In this document: positions 48,685-62,352 of the stretch, one piece after another
Position numbering within the stretch: position 1 is the first letter of the stretch
Layout of the letters: each line of letters opens with the position of its first letter
Assembly (NCBI RefSeq): GCF_018350175.1
Contig: NC_058383.1
Location: 25,484,001 to 25,548,000, forward strand
From: Felis catus
Lineage: Eukaryota
Length of the DNA stretch: 64,000 nucleotides
Direction: 5' to 3'
Translations under genes and position numbers: made by a program
The notes under the pieces: model-generated
Told to the model about the DNA's origin: nothing
Database searches by the model: none
What the model saw: only the letters and a program-made list of their open reading frames with translations

Positions 48685-49175
48685 TATGCTGTCCAATATA
48701 GTAACCACCAGCCTCACATGGCTATTGAGCACTTGACATTTGAGTAGCACAACTGAGGAACTGATTTTTTCATTCAATTTCATTTCAATTCATTTACAAT
48801 TAAGACCTGATACTTGATTCAGTTATTGGACAATAACTGTATATTGGAACAACTTGGGTATGTGAATCTACTCTGAAATTTTCAACTGTATATTTTATGA
48901 CATCTAAACAGAAATCAGGATTTCCACTGAAAAATTTAGCATCCTTAGAGAAATGTGCTCAGAATGTAAAATACATGCCAGACTTCGGACATTTAGTATG
49001 AAAAAAAATTAAATATCTCATTAATAATTTATATTGATTACATTTTTGGATGAACACAGTTAAATAAAATATATTTTTAAAATTAATTTCACCCGTTTCT
49101 TATTTTGTTAATGTGGCTGCTAGAAAAATCAAGATTGCATATGTGGTTCACATTACATTTATATTGGACAGCAGT
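48685..49175. mobile_element. Charlie1/MER33-family hAT element nested in an older Charlie relic (~48350-49290)
   Basis: Inverted ends tgctgtccaatata / tatattggacagca; cacatggctattgagcacttga motif. Confidence 0.75.
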
Positions 49176-49623
49176 ATTGTATAAAGTTTAATTCAGGGGG
49201 GAAAAGACAAGTCACTTTAAAACAAAATGTTAATAATAGCACAGAGGACACAAGAATATGGCAAAAATCATAATATTGGTGGCCAATCACTAAAATCTGG
49301 GGAGCCCTGATATAGTACAATGCTCTTAATACAAAAACTGAAACCCTGGAGAGGACAAGAAATTTCCCCAAGGTTACACAGCTAATCAGGTGTGATCTTG
49401 ACCCCAAATCTTCTAGATTCTGAATCCAGTGTGCTTTGGCCATTGCAACAGCCCTACCATCTGTCCCCCACCAAGAGAAATGTAAGGAAAGGGGGTTGGG
49501 GCATGGGGAGGATGTGGCTACCTTGAATCCCATTGGTATTCAAAAGGAGAGGACTTCTAAGTATGGATAACCCAGGATCTTTGCTTTTCTATCAAGTGAA
49601 GCTGAATGACTTGGGCTCCTCTT

Positions 49624-49857
49624 TTTTTTTTTTTTTTTTTAATTTTTTTTTTCAACGTTTATTTATTTTTGGGACAGAGAGAGACAGAGCATGAACGGGG
49701 GAGGGGCAGAGAGAGAGAGGGAGACACAGAATCGGAAACAGGCTCCAGGCTCCGAGCCATCAGCCCAGAGCCTGACGCGGGGCTCGAACTCCCAGACCGC
49801 GAGATCGTGACCTGGCTGAAGTCGGACGCTTAACCGACTGTGCCACCCAGGCGCCCC
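49624..49857 (-). mobile_element. Very young CAN-SINE (SINEC_Fc)
   Basis: CpG-rich, long pure T-tail; TSD ACTTGGGCTCCTCTT at 49609-49623 and 49859-49873. Confidence 0.95.
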
Positions 49858-50010
49858 AACTTGGGCTCCTCTTGAGTAAAAGTCATGACCAGCCGAACTA
49901 CAGTGACAGTTGTGACTTTCAACCCAAATACATGTTTTCATTTTGTCCCATGGCAAAGAAGGATGAGACAAGAAACCAGAAAGCACAATTAGGCAAATGA
50001 ATCTGCATTT

Positions 50011-50230
50011 TTTAAAAAATTTTTTTAACATTTATGTATTATTGAGAGACAGAAAGAGACAGAGCATGAGCATGGAGGGGCAGAGAGAGGGGAAAACACA
50101 GAATGTGAAGCAGGCTCCAGGCTCCGAGCTGTCAGCACAGAGCCCAACGCGGGGCTCGAACTCACGAACCATAAGATCATGACCTAAGCCGAAGTCAGAC
50201 ACTTAACCGACTGAGCCACCCAGGAGCCCC
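50011..50230 (-). mobile_element. CAN-SINE
   Basis: TSD TGAATCTGCATTT at 49998-50010 and 50231-50243. Confidence 0.93.
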
Positions 50231-50934
50231 TGAATCTGCATTTATCGATTCACTTATCCCTCCCTCTCTCCTTCCATCCATCTATCCATGTGCCTCGCAT
50301 TGCCAAGTAGGCTCATGGCAAGTCTGTGGTAGGCTCATGGCAAGTCTAAAAAGACCCATTCGATGTCTGCATGTTCGTGTGGGGAAGACCAGCATGATCA
50401 GAAGCCTGAATAAATGTAAATAGTCCCATGTGAGAAGAACATGAAGGAGAGGCACAGGGTGATAAGAGAGCTTTTTGTGGGGGGACTTGCCCAGTGGGGA
50501 AGACCCAGAACCTGAAGACTGAGGAAGGAAAGAATGGAAAGAAGAGGCAAGGGGGACAGGCTTCACGATGACTCTTAGGCAAGAGAGGACTGGTGCACCA
50601 TATAGGAACAAAAAGAGGACAAGTCTGGAGTGCCAAAAGGTGGTCTGAGGACAGGAGGAAAACAAGGCATGAGATGTAAGCAGAGGAAACAGGAAATCAG
50701 AGCTTTACAGAAACCACACAAAGTGACCCTGAATTGGGAGAACACATTCTACAGTGTTGACTCCTTTTGACTTCTGGTATTAACCAATGATTTCTTTTCT
50801 TTCCCCCTTTGTTTACCAGAATATTTGGCAGTTGAAGACCTGGGGCAATTGCTTTTCCACCACAGACATTTCTTATCATTTACAGCTAAGTGCAGGGAAA
50901 ACTATCTACCACATGACTTCACAGGAGGGACTAT

Positions 50935-50959
50935 CCACAGACCCACACAGAGAGACGTG

Positions 50960-51004
<45 letters not shown>

Positions 51005-51152
51005 ATGCATGCATGCGCATGTGCACACACATACACAGATGTGTGCACACAAACATACATAGGCATATACAAAGACACCACATAGACACACAGATGCGCA
51101 GACATGCAAACACACAGACATACACCCACAGGGATACACACACAGAGACATG

Positions 51153-51204
<52 letters not shown>

Positions 51205-51215
51205 CTCTCTCTCCT
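50935..51215. repeat. Complex (CA)n-rich tract with two pure (CA)n runs
   Basis: Directly visible; source of the poly-HT/CV ORFs. Confidence 0.9.
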
Positions 51216-51719
51216 CCCACAGTCAAAGGTATAGAATGGTCTGGTCCTTGCTATAGCCTTTTGCTGTTAGCATTCTGGACCTCACCACCATGGTTCAGCT
51301 CCATAGAGCTGCTGACAAGAACCATCATCTGCCTCTTGAACGAAAAGCAGTGGCCTCCCTGGAAGGTAGCAGAATGGAGCAGTAACTGGAGAGAGAACTC
51401 AAGAGGGGCTGGTGCTATGAAAAGGGTAGAGATGGGCATTCCTTAAAGGAATCACAGGCCCACATTCTTAACCCTCACAGAGCCTGGCTTCCACATCATG
51501 TCCACCCTCCACACCCAGGACCCTTCCAGAACACCACCTGTCCCGGCTGAAAGGCTGAACACCACCTTTCCTATCAGGAAAGTAACACTGGCTTAGGAAT
51601 TAGGCACACCTGGGGGTTTGAATCCCAGCACTGCAACTTTGCTAACTGTGAGGTCTTGAGCAGGTAATTTACCCTTCTTGGAGCCTCAGTTTCCTCATCT
51701 GAGAATGGGGGTGATAACA

Positions 51720-52285
51720 ACTTTATTTGGCATATATGTGGCACTCCTTTCATATGCCAGGCACCTATGTAGGCACTGGAGGAAAAATAAAGAAAGTCTG
51801 CACAGGTATACATTCTACCAGGGAGACAAGTGGTAAACAAATAAACAAATGCATACACAACACTCTTTGAGATATTGATACATGCTATCAAGAAAACAAC
51901 GTGGTAAGGAGATAGGGAACTATATTAGATAGGGTGGTCAGGAAGGGGCTCTCCAAAGAGTTGATGTCCAGAATGACACTGGAATGATGAGAAGGAGCCA
52001 GCCACAGGAAACACAGGGGAAGGACATGCCAGGCAGAGGGGCCCCACAGGGTAAAGGCTCAGAGGTGGGAAGGAGGTGGAGTGAGGGCAGACTTGTGTGG
52101 CTGGAATACAATGAACAAGAGGGAGAGTGGCAGGAGATGAGGGGAAGAGGCGGACACTGGCTGGATTGTGGGGCCTTTTGGTCCACAGTGAGGAATCTGG
52201 ATTTGCAAGAAGAGACCAGAGCCTTTTAAGCAGGTGATATGACCTAATTTGAGTTTTTCAAAGGTCTCTCTGGCTGCTGTGAAAA
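51720..52285 (-). mobile_element. L2 relic
   Basis: atgccaggcac..., agggtggtcaggaagg, gagttttt caaaggtctctctggctgctgtg motifs. Confidence 0.65.
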
Positions 52286-53406
52286 AAACAAATGGAAGGT
52301 GGTTTAGGAGGAAAGCTCCTTTTCTTAGGAAAGAAGAGGAAGCTGTTGCAGTGTGAACGACCTCTGGTTTCCAGTAGGAGAGAGTGCGCAATACCTGTAG
52401 AGTGGCCAACACAGTGCCCGGCACACAGTAGGAGTGTGGGTCAAGGGTCATGTTCACAGACGCTCCAATCCTACTCCCACCCCATCCACCATCACCTCGG
52501 TCTCCAAGTGAAACAGCATCAGACATGTGAAGTGAGCAAACTAACAATGTCCTCAGACATCAAGGACATCTGTGCCTGGCTCTCCAGGCACCATGGCAAA
52601 GCGCCCGCAGCACAACAGAGAGCTATCATCTTGGTTGTGGCAGTGGGCAAGTCCTGCTAATGATCCAGCTGTCAATTGCAGAGTCCTGAACAGAGAGAAA
52701 GCAAGTGTCTGGACAAGAAGAAAAGGGTCACCTTCAGCACTGTCATTTGACAAATGAACAGGATTGAGTTCTGGCTGGCATGGTAGAGAGACATTATCAT
52801 CGTGACTGCATTCAGTTCTAATGACCCAAGGTATTACAGGAAGAAGGGAGTAATGCCCCCAGGATTGAGGTGGAGACTCCAAGGACATCCTGAAAATGGG
52901 AAGAGAATGCTCATGGAAGAGGAAAGAAAATGGTAGTTTGCCTCTTGGATCTTCTCAGCATTAGACCTTCTGGCCAGAAGAGAATGGCTCTAAGAAATAA
53001 GAGGATTTTTTTTCCTTAATCACTATCAGTACTGAATAATTTCCTCAAAATGCTATTCAGATACATGCTGGTTAATACCTTTCTCAACCACCCTCATATA
53101 ACCTCCTGAAGAGGCCTGGACCGGGGGTCATAGCCAGCCAACAGCCAACAACCAACCAGAAACTCAGACCCCTTGGAATGTGAAAAAAGCCTGTGAAAGG
53201 TCTTCTTAAAAGGCAGCACCATGCCTATTAACACTCAGAGGCAATCTCTTAAAAATTCAGGTTTCTCATGAGTCTTGGAAAATTTCAAAGGCTGGAAAAA
53301 CTGAGCTTTCCCTGTCACTAAGTGCCTAGAACCAAGTAGCCACAGCCTTCTTTAGGTGGCACTTGTGCTACCCAGTTCATCGGGGTTATGGTGCCCCAGC
53401 ACAAAG

Positions 53407-53411
<5 letters not shown>

Positions 53412-53467
<56 letters not shown>
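53412..53467. repeat. (AC)n microsatellite
   Basis: Directly visible pure run. Confidence 0.95.
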
Positions 53468-53469
<2 letters not shown>

Positions 53470-56400
53470 GGCCTGTTTCTCTCACTTCTGTTCCCTACCT
53501 TGCTCCTATAGGATTTTAAATTTACTGTCTTACTGTCTAAAGCTTAACACATACGTACATATATCCCATATCCATTTATACCACCACACTTTTAGCCGCA
53601 TCTATGCTTTCCAACCACACTATATGCTTTCCTGCAAGAAGGGAAGTTGGTGAAAACCTGGGTTTGAGATCCACTGGACTTTCCAGCTGTGTGCAATTAG
53701 CTTCCCTGAATGTCTATTTCCATATCTGTAAAATGAGGATTAGTAACAAGGATGCACCCCTTGTTGAGGGGAATACACAAGACAATGTACCTGGCACATG
53801 GTAGGTTTTTAATAGAGGATTTTTTTTCTTAAGACTGACAAGGATTTCCTATCAAATCCTCGCCTGGACTCCTTAGGCTATGTTAAAGATCCGGCTCCAT
53901 TACATGAGGCCAGATTTCTTTTCATTTCATACTTTGTGCCAGGAATTCTAGGGGATAAAGATGAGCGAAAGACAAAGATAAACATGGCATGGCCCTTGCC
54001 CTTAAAGAATTCACAGTCTAGATGGGTAGAAAAGCAAGTCAATAATCATAATGTGATATGACAAGTTCTACAACAGGGGTGAGGGTGAAGCATTTAAATT
54101 CCTGTGGGACCTCAAACTTATCTTTGCCTAAGGGCATCGAAAAATGCAGACTTAGGCTTTGAACTAACCATGCCAATAGGCATGGGATCTGAGTCATCTC
54201 CATGATGACAGTACCCTCTGGGGGGCCTTGGCACATGATAGGGGGCTTAGCAATACTGAATGGATAGGTGGGTGGATGCATCACATGAATAGGTGACTGC
54301 CTTCTTTATCCCATTAGTGTCATGTCCACACTAACCTTGAAGAGACTGAAGAAAACATCTTGATCACCACTATCATCATCACCACCACCACCCTTTATCA
54401 AGCACTTAATCCAAGCCAAGCACTGAATCAAACACATTATTCCACACTGCCTCATTAAACCCCAAAGTAATGCCTGTGAGGTGGTACTTCTATCATCCCC
54501 ATCTGGTAGATGGGGGAACTGAGGCTCTGAGAAGTAAAATAACCTGCCCAAGGCAATTCAGCTCCTGAGGAGCAGAGCTAAGACAGAGTAGGCCTGTGTA
54601 TCACTGCTTGCACTCCACTCTTACCACTGGACCTGCTGCAAACATTGGTATTCAGAGCATCAGAAAAGACAAATGCTGTGTCTACAGACCTCTGTCTTGG
54701 TTCACCCTCCCAGCCTGGTCTTTGCAGGCATTTAAAGGGACTATGTCCTCCTTCCTGATTGAAGACTCTCCCAGTGTCCCCGTTGCCCTCTCCCCAAGCA
54801 GATGGTTTAATTACTTGAAATTATTTTTGAGCAAGGACAGGCAGGTGAATTCCCTCTCCACCTCATACCTAACCTACAAAATGGAAATTGAGCTGCCTTT
54901 TTTTTTTAAGAAGCATATTGTGATGAAACAATTTCTGTGAAAACTCTGTGGTCTTCCAAATCCTTCCAAGGTTTCTGTTATCAGCCATAAATGCGCTTAG
55001 TTTCAGTCAAGTGCTCAAAATTTCAAATCCAGTTCATGTGGTGAATGTTTATTGACCACCTATTATGTGCCAGGCTCTATTCCTCATGCTTAAAAAGAAT
55101 CATCGATAACAGCCATTAATGTTAATATAGTGCTGGCCAATATGCAAAGTGAATTAAAATTTACAAAGGGCTTTCTCATCCATTATGAAACTGAAGCTCG
55201 GAGGAGTTAAATAGCTTTCTCAAGTTACTACTGGTAGGCCAGGCTGAAAAGCAAAGCTATATCCTATACAAAGCTGTCAGAAGTAGGAATGATCCCCAAA
55301 ATGGAGCCTCCCCTATGAATTCTGCCAGGACTTTCCATTATTCATTCATTCATTCGCAAATTATGTGTTAGCTATTAGTGACACAAAGACAAACAGATCT
55401 GGGTTCCTGCTCTCAGGGAGGACTCAATCTAGCTGAAGAGATGAAGAAGCAACTCACAGTAGCATGAAAATTAGTAAGATATGAGCAAGAGGGAAGCCCA
55501 TGTACCATGGGACAAAGAAGAAGAAATCAACCCCAGTCTTGGGTTGGGTTGCTGGGAATGCAGCAGGGTCACAGGGCAGACTTTTTTTGCTCCTACTATC
55601 TGGAACTCACCTTCCTCCTATCTGGTACCCAATACGCAATGTGAATTCTGATCACAAATCTCTTTCTTCATCATACACACGTATGGAGCATCTCCTTCAC
55701 ATGAGAATCTTTGTTAAGAACTGGGAATGAGAGAGATGAATGAACTTTGCCCATACTTTTAAGATGTGTACTGTCCAGTGGGCAAAACAAGTAAATTGAA
55801 AATTGTAAGGTTGTACTATATGAAATTATCAGCATTTGGCCATTTTTTACCTTTTAAAATGCATATGTTCATTTTTTACCTTTTAAAATGTATACCTTAT
55901 AGTGTAATGGTTTGCTGTTCAGAAAAAAAGCTCAGGATGATGTCGAAGCCCCAAACCAGTGATCTGACACCATACTCATGCATCTACCACCGCATCCCCC
56001 ATGTAGCAGTATCCATGGCTGAAGCTTGGAGAGCACAGTTACTGAAGACCTGATGGTAGAAACTAAACTGACAGCTATTTACCATAATTGTAACTAACAT
56101 GAATGGAATGCCTATGACCTGTTGGGCACTGTTCCAAGCACTTCCAATGAATTAACTAACTTAATTCTAACCCATGAAGTCGGTATTATTCTATAATACC
56201 TAATATTCTATAATACCTAATATTCTATAATAATAATAGCTATTATTACCCCATTCTACAGATGGTGTACAATGAGACACATGGTAGGTTGTGAGGTGGC
56301 TCAAAGTCATGCAGTTAGTGCTATGACAAAGCCAGGCTTCTAACCCAGACATCAGGAGTGATGTCATCTGCTCAGCTGAAGCACTAATTGTGCTTTTGGT

Positions 56401-58477
56401 CAGAACAGTTCTTTGGTTCCAGGATCATCCAAGTGGGGCTTTCATTAAAGCCATGATCTCTTCCACTGAAATGGATATGGGGAGTTGAGGCACCTAACCT
56501 CTGGGGTATAGAATTGTAAAGGCTGTCTGTGTTGGAGGTAGAATCAGGTAGGAATCAGGTAGAAAATCTTCCCTGAGGGGATACTGGCAAGATAATTGGG
56601 GTGGCATCTAACTCCCCCATCAGGCCAACTGGATTTAAGCCTTATTTTTTATACTGTTAAGAACCAGAGCCAACAGAACAGTCTGGTGAGAGATGCTGAA
56701 AGACTTTGGACTCAAGCAGGACTGGTTGGGGATGCAGGAGACAAAGTGCAACCCAAGGTTGAAAAGGAAGCCATTCTCTTCACCTCTGCTAGGAATATAT
56801 AGCCTCTAAGGGTGTTGGCACTTAGAAGCTTGTGAATGGAATCTTCTTCCCATTCCATTGTGTAAGCAACAATTGCTATTACTTTTGGGCTTTGGTTCTC
56901 TTGAGGATTCTCTTGCTGGTTCTAATAACATTCCAGCTAATTCTCTTGAGTTCTCTAAGCATACCATTATACTATCAATAAATAATGATGATGATGCCTT
57001 CTTAAATAGTTACATAGTTATCCTCCTTATTTTAGTTTCCCACTTTACCATTTTGGCTACACTGTAGATTTGGATTCTTTGTTAGCAGCTTTAATATTTA
57101 ATATTAGTTAAATTAGTTTTACCAATAATATTTTATCAGAATGAAGAGAATGGATTGAGTTCTGCATCAAATGCAGACAGATTGCTTTGGGAACAGAACT
57201 AAGTTCCCTCAGTAACTCAGGTGGAATATGATGACATCTAGGCTCAATGCTGCACTAAACATTTGTCAAGTACCCACCATGTACCATCATGTATCAGGTA
57301 CTGTACTCGTGACTGGGAATATGGCCCAAAATGAGACAGGCCTTCCCAGGGCTCCCAGGATCAGGATGACCAAGGAAAGAGAAAAGACAAGGTGCCTCTA
57401 AAGGTATTTGGACCAAGAATTAGCTGATGTGGTTTTTAGATGAGCAACAAAAACATTACTGCAAGTCTCAAAACCTGGCAGTACCATTGATAATAACCAA
57501 GAAATTGACTGAATTTTTATTAGCTTCTGAAATTTTTTACAATCTATTCAGCTGAAAAAAGGAGATGAGAGCAGTGACATTAGAATTTTTCATTTATGAA
57601 TGCTTTTGAGAACGTGGATTCAAGAGAAATTACCAGATATTTTAATTTTCTGCTATCTCGCCCCTGATACCAATCAGGCTACCTGTGAAACAATTTGTGA
57701 TAATTAACATTTGTCTAACGCTTTTCCAGTTTGCAAAGCCACTTCCCATGTGTTGTCTTCTTCAGTCCCCACAACAACCTTGGGAGTCCGCAGAGCAATT
57801 TCACTGAGGTTATCACCCTGGATTCTTGAATTCTTATCCCTCATTTCCCTCTGGTCCACACGCCGGCCAAGCCTGGCATTTTTTACAGTGCTGCAAACAA
57901 AGCATGCTTTCACACTTCCTTGATTCTGCACTTGTGGTTCCCTTGTGCCAAGAAAGCAGCCCATCCTTTCCTTGTTCAAACAAGGAGTATCCTATTCATT
58001 CCGGGAAACCATGGGCAGGCAGGGAAAGGCCTTTTTTCCCTAGGGCAGTGAGGAAGGCCCAGCATCCTAGAGTATAAAGCACCCAATGATGGTGCCCATG
58101 TCAGAGTAGACCAGAAGACCAGTAGGGCACAAGTTGTCCTGCAGGTGACTTAGGTGTCATTGGAAGCAATGGCCCCCAGGCCTTCTGCCTTCTTAAAGAG
58201 TGTAGCAGTTAACACTTTGCAATTAGACAGACTTGAGTTCAAATTCTGGCTGTGTGACTTACTAGCTGTGTAACCTTGGGCAAATCTCTAAACCTAATTC
58301 TAAATTCCCTCCTCTATAGAAAGGATCTAACAATACCCACCTTTAAAATGACGGGAGTAGCAGTAACTAAGTGCAAACCACCCACCACAGTTTCTAACGT
58401 ACAATAAGGGATTGCGAAGTGGAAGCTATTATTCATTAGTAAGACCACTTCCCTTGTGGCAGAAAAAGGCACACATT

Positions 58478-58525
58478 TATCATCATCATCATCATCATCA
58501 TCATCATTACTGCTACTGCTATTAT
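58478..58525. repeat. (TCA)n trinucleotide repeat with degenerate extension
   Basis: Directly visible. Confidence 0.85.
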
Positions 58526-59747
58526 TTACATTTCTCTCATTTCTAAAAACCCACTTGCTTTTCCTAGTAACATTCTCCTTGTTCTCTCTTAGAAATGATA
58601 TTTCTGCTCAGAGGAGAAAGGGAGGCAGTTTGTTTTGTTACAGGCAAGGGGTACAGCAAAGCATAGGGGGTATCAATGTGGGGGCTGGACAAGCTGGCTC
58701 ATGAAGAGTCAAGAACAAGAGTCATCCAAGACAAAGCGGATGGGGGAAGTGTTATAGAAAAGGGAAACTGCATAGGCAAAGGTCAAAGTCTGGAGAGAAT
58801 GTGGCTTGTTGGGGGGCTTCACGTGCAGTAGTTCCTCTCAGCTGGGACATCCCCTCAGCAGGGATGATGAGTGAGATGGGATGCAGAGGGGAGCAGAGGG
58901 CACAATTCCAGTGGTGTCTACTAGGCAGCCTATATTCTTCTAAGCACTTTCTATGCATTAACTTACTTAGTCCTCACAATCAGATCCATTTTACAGATGA
59001 GCAAATATAGGCACAGAGAAGTTAGGTAACCTGCCCAAGGTCACACAGCAAGAACATGTCAGATCTATATCCAGTGCCCAGGCTCATCACCAGCACACCA
59101 GAAGGCAACGATTCTTTTTCTCTATGACACTCAGGCATGTGTCCCAAAGCCAGAAAAGAAACAGACCCCTCCAAAGTCATGAGAAAGTAAGGCATCCTTC
59201 ACCTGCTGAATTCAGCTTGGGCAGAGGGGAAGCTACTCTCTCTCTGGCACCTCCCAGTGTACAGAGGTGGGTTTTTAGAAGTTCCCAAACATAAAACCAT
59301 TTCCATATAATTATGCCTCCTTGACCTACATGTCATTCGGCTGTGTGCATGGGCCTGAAGCACAAAACAATTTCTGCAGCCAGAGAAAATTGCTTCCCGA
59401 GGCCCCAGGGTAATTAGACATTGTCTTCTGGGCATGGCCTGTTCCCTGTCCATCCACATCCTCTGACATAGGTGCTGCCACTTCAACCCGGCATCCACTG
59501 GGAGAATGCAGGTCCCGTGGTGGAACAGAATGTCCATTAGGACAGCGGCCTTGGAAAGCGTGCAGCAGGGCTGTGTGCATCAGGAAATTTTCCAATGTTC
59601 TTGAACATTCAGATCCCGTGGAACTTTCCTCTGTTAGCCCAAGCAGGGAAAGGGGGACACATCACATGGGGAGGTGTTACTTCTCAAGCATTTGGTCTAT
59701 GAGGTCTATGAGGAAGCTACAATACCAATACCCATGTCTGGAAGTTT

Positions 59748-59975
59748 TTTTTTTTTCTTTTTTAATTTTTTTAACGTTTACTTATTTTTGAGACAGAGAG
59801 AGACAGAGCATGAACGGGGGAAGGTCAGAGAGAGAGGGAGACACAGAATCTGAAACAGGCTCCAGGCTCTGAGCTGTCAGCACAGAGTCCGATGCGGGGC
59901 TCGAACTCACGGACCGTGAGATCATGACCTGAGCCGAAGTCGGACACTCAACCGACCAAGCCACCCAGGCGCCCC
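59748..59975 (-). mobile_element. CAN-SINE (SINEC_Fc-like)
   Basis: TSD TGGAAGTTT at 59739-59747 and 59976-59984. Confidence 0.93.
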
Positions 59976-60085
59976 TGGAAGTTTCAATGAGGTTTATAAA
60001 GGACCTTCTGTTCTTTACTCCCCCACCCACCCACCCCATCCCCACCTGGATATCTGTAGTTTGATACAGAAATAACAACCATCTT

Positions 60086-60313
60086 TTAAAAAAATTTTTT
60101 TAAGTTTATTTATTTATTTTTGAGAAAGACAGAGACAGTGCAAGTGAGGGAAGGGCAGAGAGAGAAGGAGAGAGAGAATCTTAAGCAGGCTCCATGCTGT
60201 CAGCTCACAGCACAGAGCCCAGGGTGGTGCTCAAACTCACGAAACTGTGAAATTATTACCTGAGCCAAAACCAAGAGTCGGATGCTTAACCGACTGAGCC
60301 ACCCAGGCACCCC
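60086..60313 (-). mobile_element. CAN-SINE
   Basis: TSD ACAAC(C/T)ATCTT at 60075-60085 and 60314-60324. Confidence 0.9.
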
Positions 60314-62294
60314 ACAACTATCTTACCTAGTAAAACCCCTTAAGGCTGAAAGCCCTTCAATGACTCTCCATTTCCTCAGGACAAATTCAACTCAACCACG
60401 ACTGCAAAACTGTCTGAATCATTAGAGTCGGGTGCTACTACTTCTCTACCACTTCTCCAACCAGGCCTCTCTCCCAGCTCTCCCTCCAGCAAGGGCAGGC
60501 AGATAACATAAATGAGTGAGGTCTGGTGGGGACTGGTTCAGCTGGAGAACACCCCCGCCCCCATGAAAATGTCACCCAGGGTGCCCTCTCCTTCTGATTT
60601 TCAAAAGAAGCTCAAATCTTCCATTGGCCATGAAATACTTCAATTTGTAGATATGACAAACTGATTCAGAAATCCTAAAGACACATCTGCAGCCTGGTAT
60701 CTACCCCACAAGCCTCTGGTCTGTGACCTCCATTCTATGCTGAACTTTCAGCTTCTCCAACAGCCATTCTCTTTTTCTTGTCTCTTGACCTTTGCACATT
60801 TTGTTCTCTCTTATTGGCATACTTTGCTCCCCACTCAACTGGTTCTTACTCCTCCATGTCACTGCACACACATGCCACTTCCTCCCAGAAGCCTTCCGTG
60901 ATCCTCTGGTTTGGATGGTTACCCACTCTCAAGTGCTCCCAATAACATGCTGTCTTCTGCTGTTATGGAGCTTCTTTCTGGGTATCTATCTGGCTTCTGC
61001 CAGGCTAGAAGCTCCAGGAAGGAAGAAACCATTTCTTCGGGTTTACTATGACATCCACAGCTGTGGCACAGTGCCTGAACACAGCAGGGAGTCAGTATCG
61101 GTGATAGAAGAAAGGGGAGGGAGGCTGGCCTGAGTTGTCTGTGATAATGCAAAATCCTTCTCACTCCAGAATCTCTTGGGTTGGGCTGTGAGCAACAAAA
61201 ATAACATCTGTTGAGCACTCACTATGTACAACGTATTCTTCTAAGCATTTGATGTAGTTCCTACAAGAACCCTATGAGACAGGTGATACTATCCCCTTTT
61301 TACAGATAAGGAACATTAAGGCACAGAGTATTTAAGAAACTTAAGATCACAAAACAAGGAACTGGCAAACTTGGGATCCAAGCCCATGAAGCCTGGTTTC
61401 AGAATCAGTGCCCTTAACCTCTCCACCTTTCAACAAGGGAAAGGGTTAGTGCTCTATGGATGTCTATCACACTCGGTGGATAAATGAGTAATATTTGAGA
61501 ACCGACTACATGCAAGGCATGGTATAAATGCTCAGTCTTCTATGGGAAAATGTTATTGTCTGCCTTGCAGAGATGAGAAAACTGAGTTAAGTGTCATGTT
61601 CAGGCAAGGAAATGGGGAACTCAGATCCATCATCCATCATAGGAGGTAAGAGAAATAAAAGTTCCTAAGAAGCTACCTAGAGAGACTGGGTTTAGACAGA
61701 AAAAAACAGAGGGAAGGGATATGATCAAGTTATCATGTGTGTAATGGAATACCACAAAATTGACAGCAAGCAGATAAATGTTCCACAAAGAATGCCATGG
61801 GGAATCCATCCACCCATCCATCCATCCGTCACTCTTATTCTACAAATGTTGATAGAGTACATACTCTTCGACTGCCCTGCAAACCCTCAAGGTTCAGAGA
61901 AAAGAGATACAGTCCCCACCTCCCAGGGGCTCTCACTGAATGGGTAATAAAGATTTTGAAGAAGATCATTACAAAAATGTGTTAAATACTCTAGCCAATG
62001 AGATGCTTGACTCAGCATACTGAGATCAGGGAAGGCTTTAAAAGTAAAAAATCTACCAGCCAAAGAGCTACAGGCAAGGAAGGCATTCCAGGCAGAAGAA
62101 ATAGCCCATTCAGTGCTATGAAGGAAAGAAAGAGTGCTGTGCATTTAGGCAAAAGCTCATAAAGTGAAGAGCAAGGTGCATTTGCATGAGTTACAGAAGG
62201 GAGCTGATGGTGTGAGAGGTGTCTTGTTGGTCATGCAAAAATCCTGGATTTTGGCTACAGAGCAGAGGTCTCAAACTAGTTGCCCACAGGCCAC

Positions 62295-62296
<2 letters not shown>

Positions 62297-62350
<54 letters not shown>
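62297..62350. repeat. (TG)n microsatellite inside a MER102-like relic
   Basis: Directly visible pure run. Confidence 0.95.

Positions 62351-62352
<2 letters not shown>

Noticed and set aside
50787..51446. His/Thr- and Cys/Val-rich ORFs
   Set aside because: Translations of (CA)n/(TG)n microsatellites.
52582..52606. RE1/REST-like site CAGGCACCATGGCAAAGCGCC (and a similar one near 51280-51301)
   Set aside because: Both need insertions to fit TCAGCACCNNGGACAG; half-site spacing and the GGACAG core do not match.
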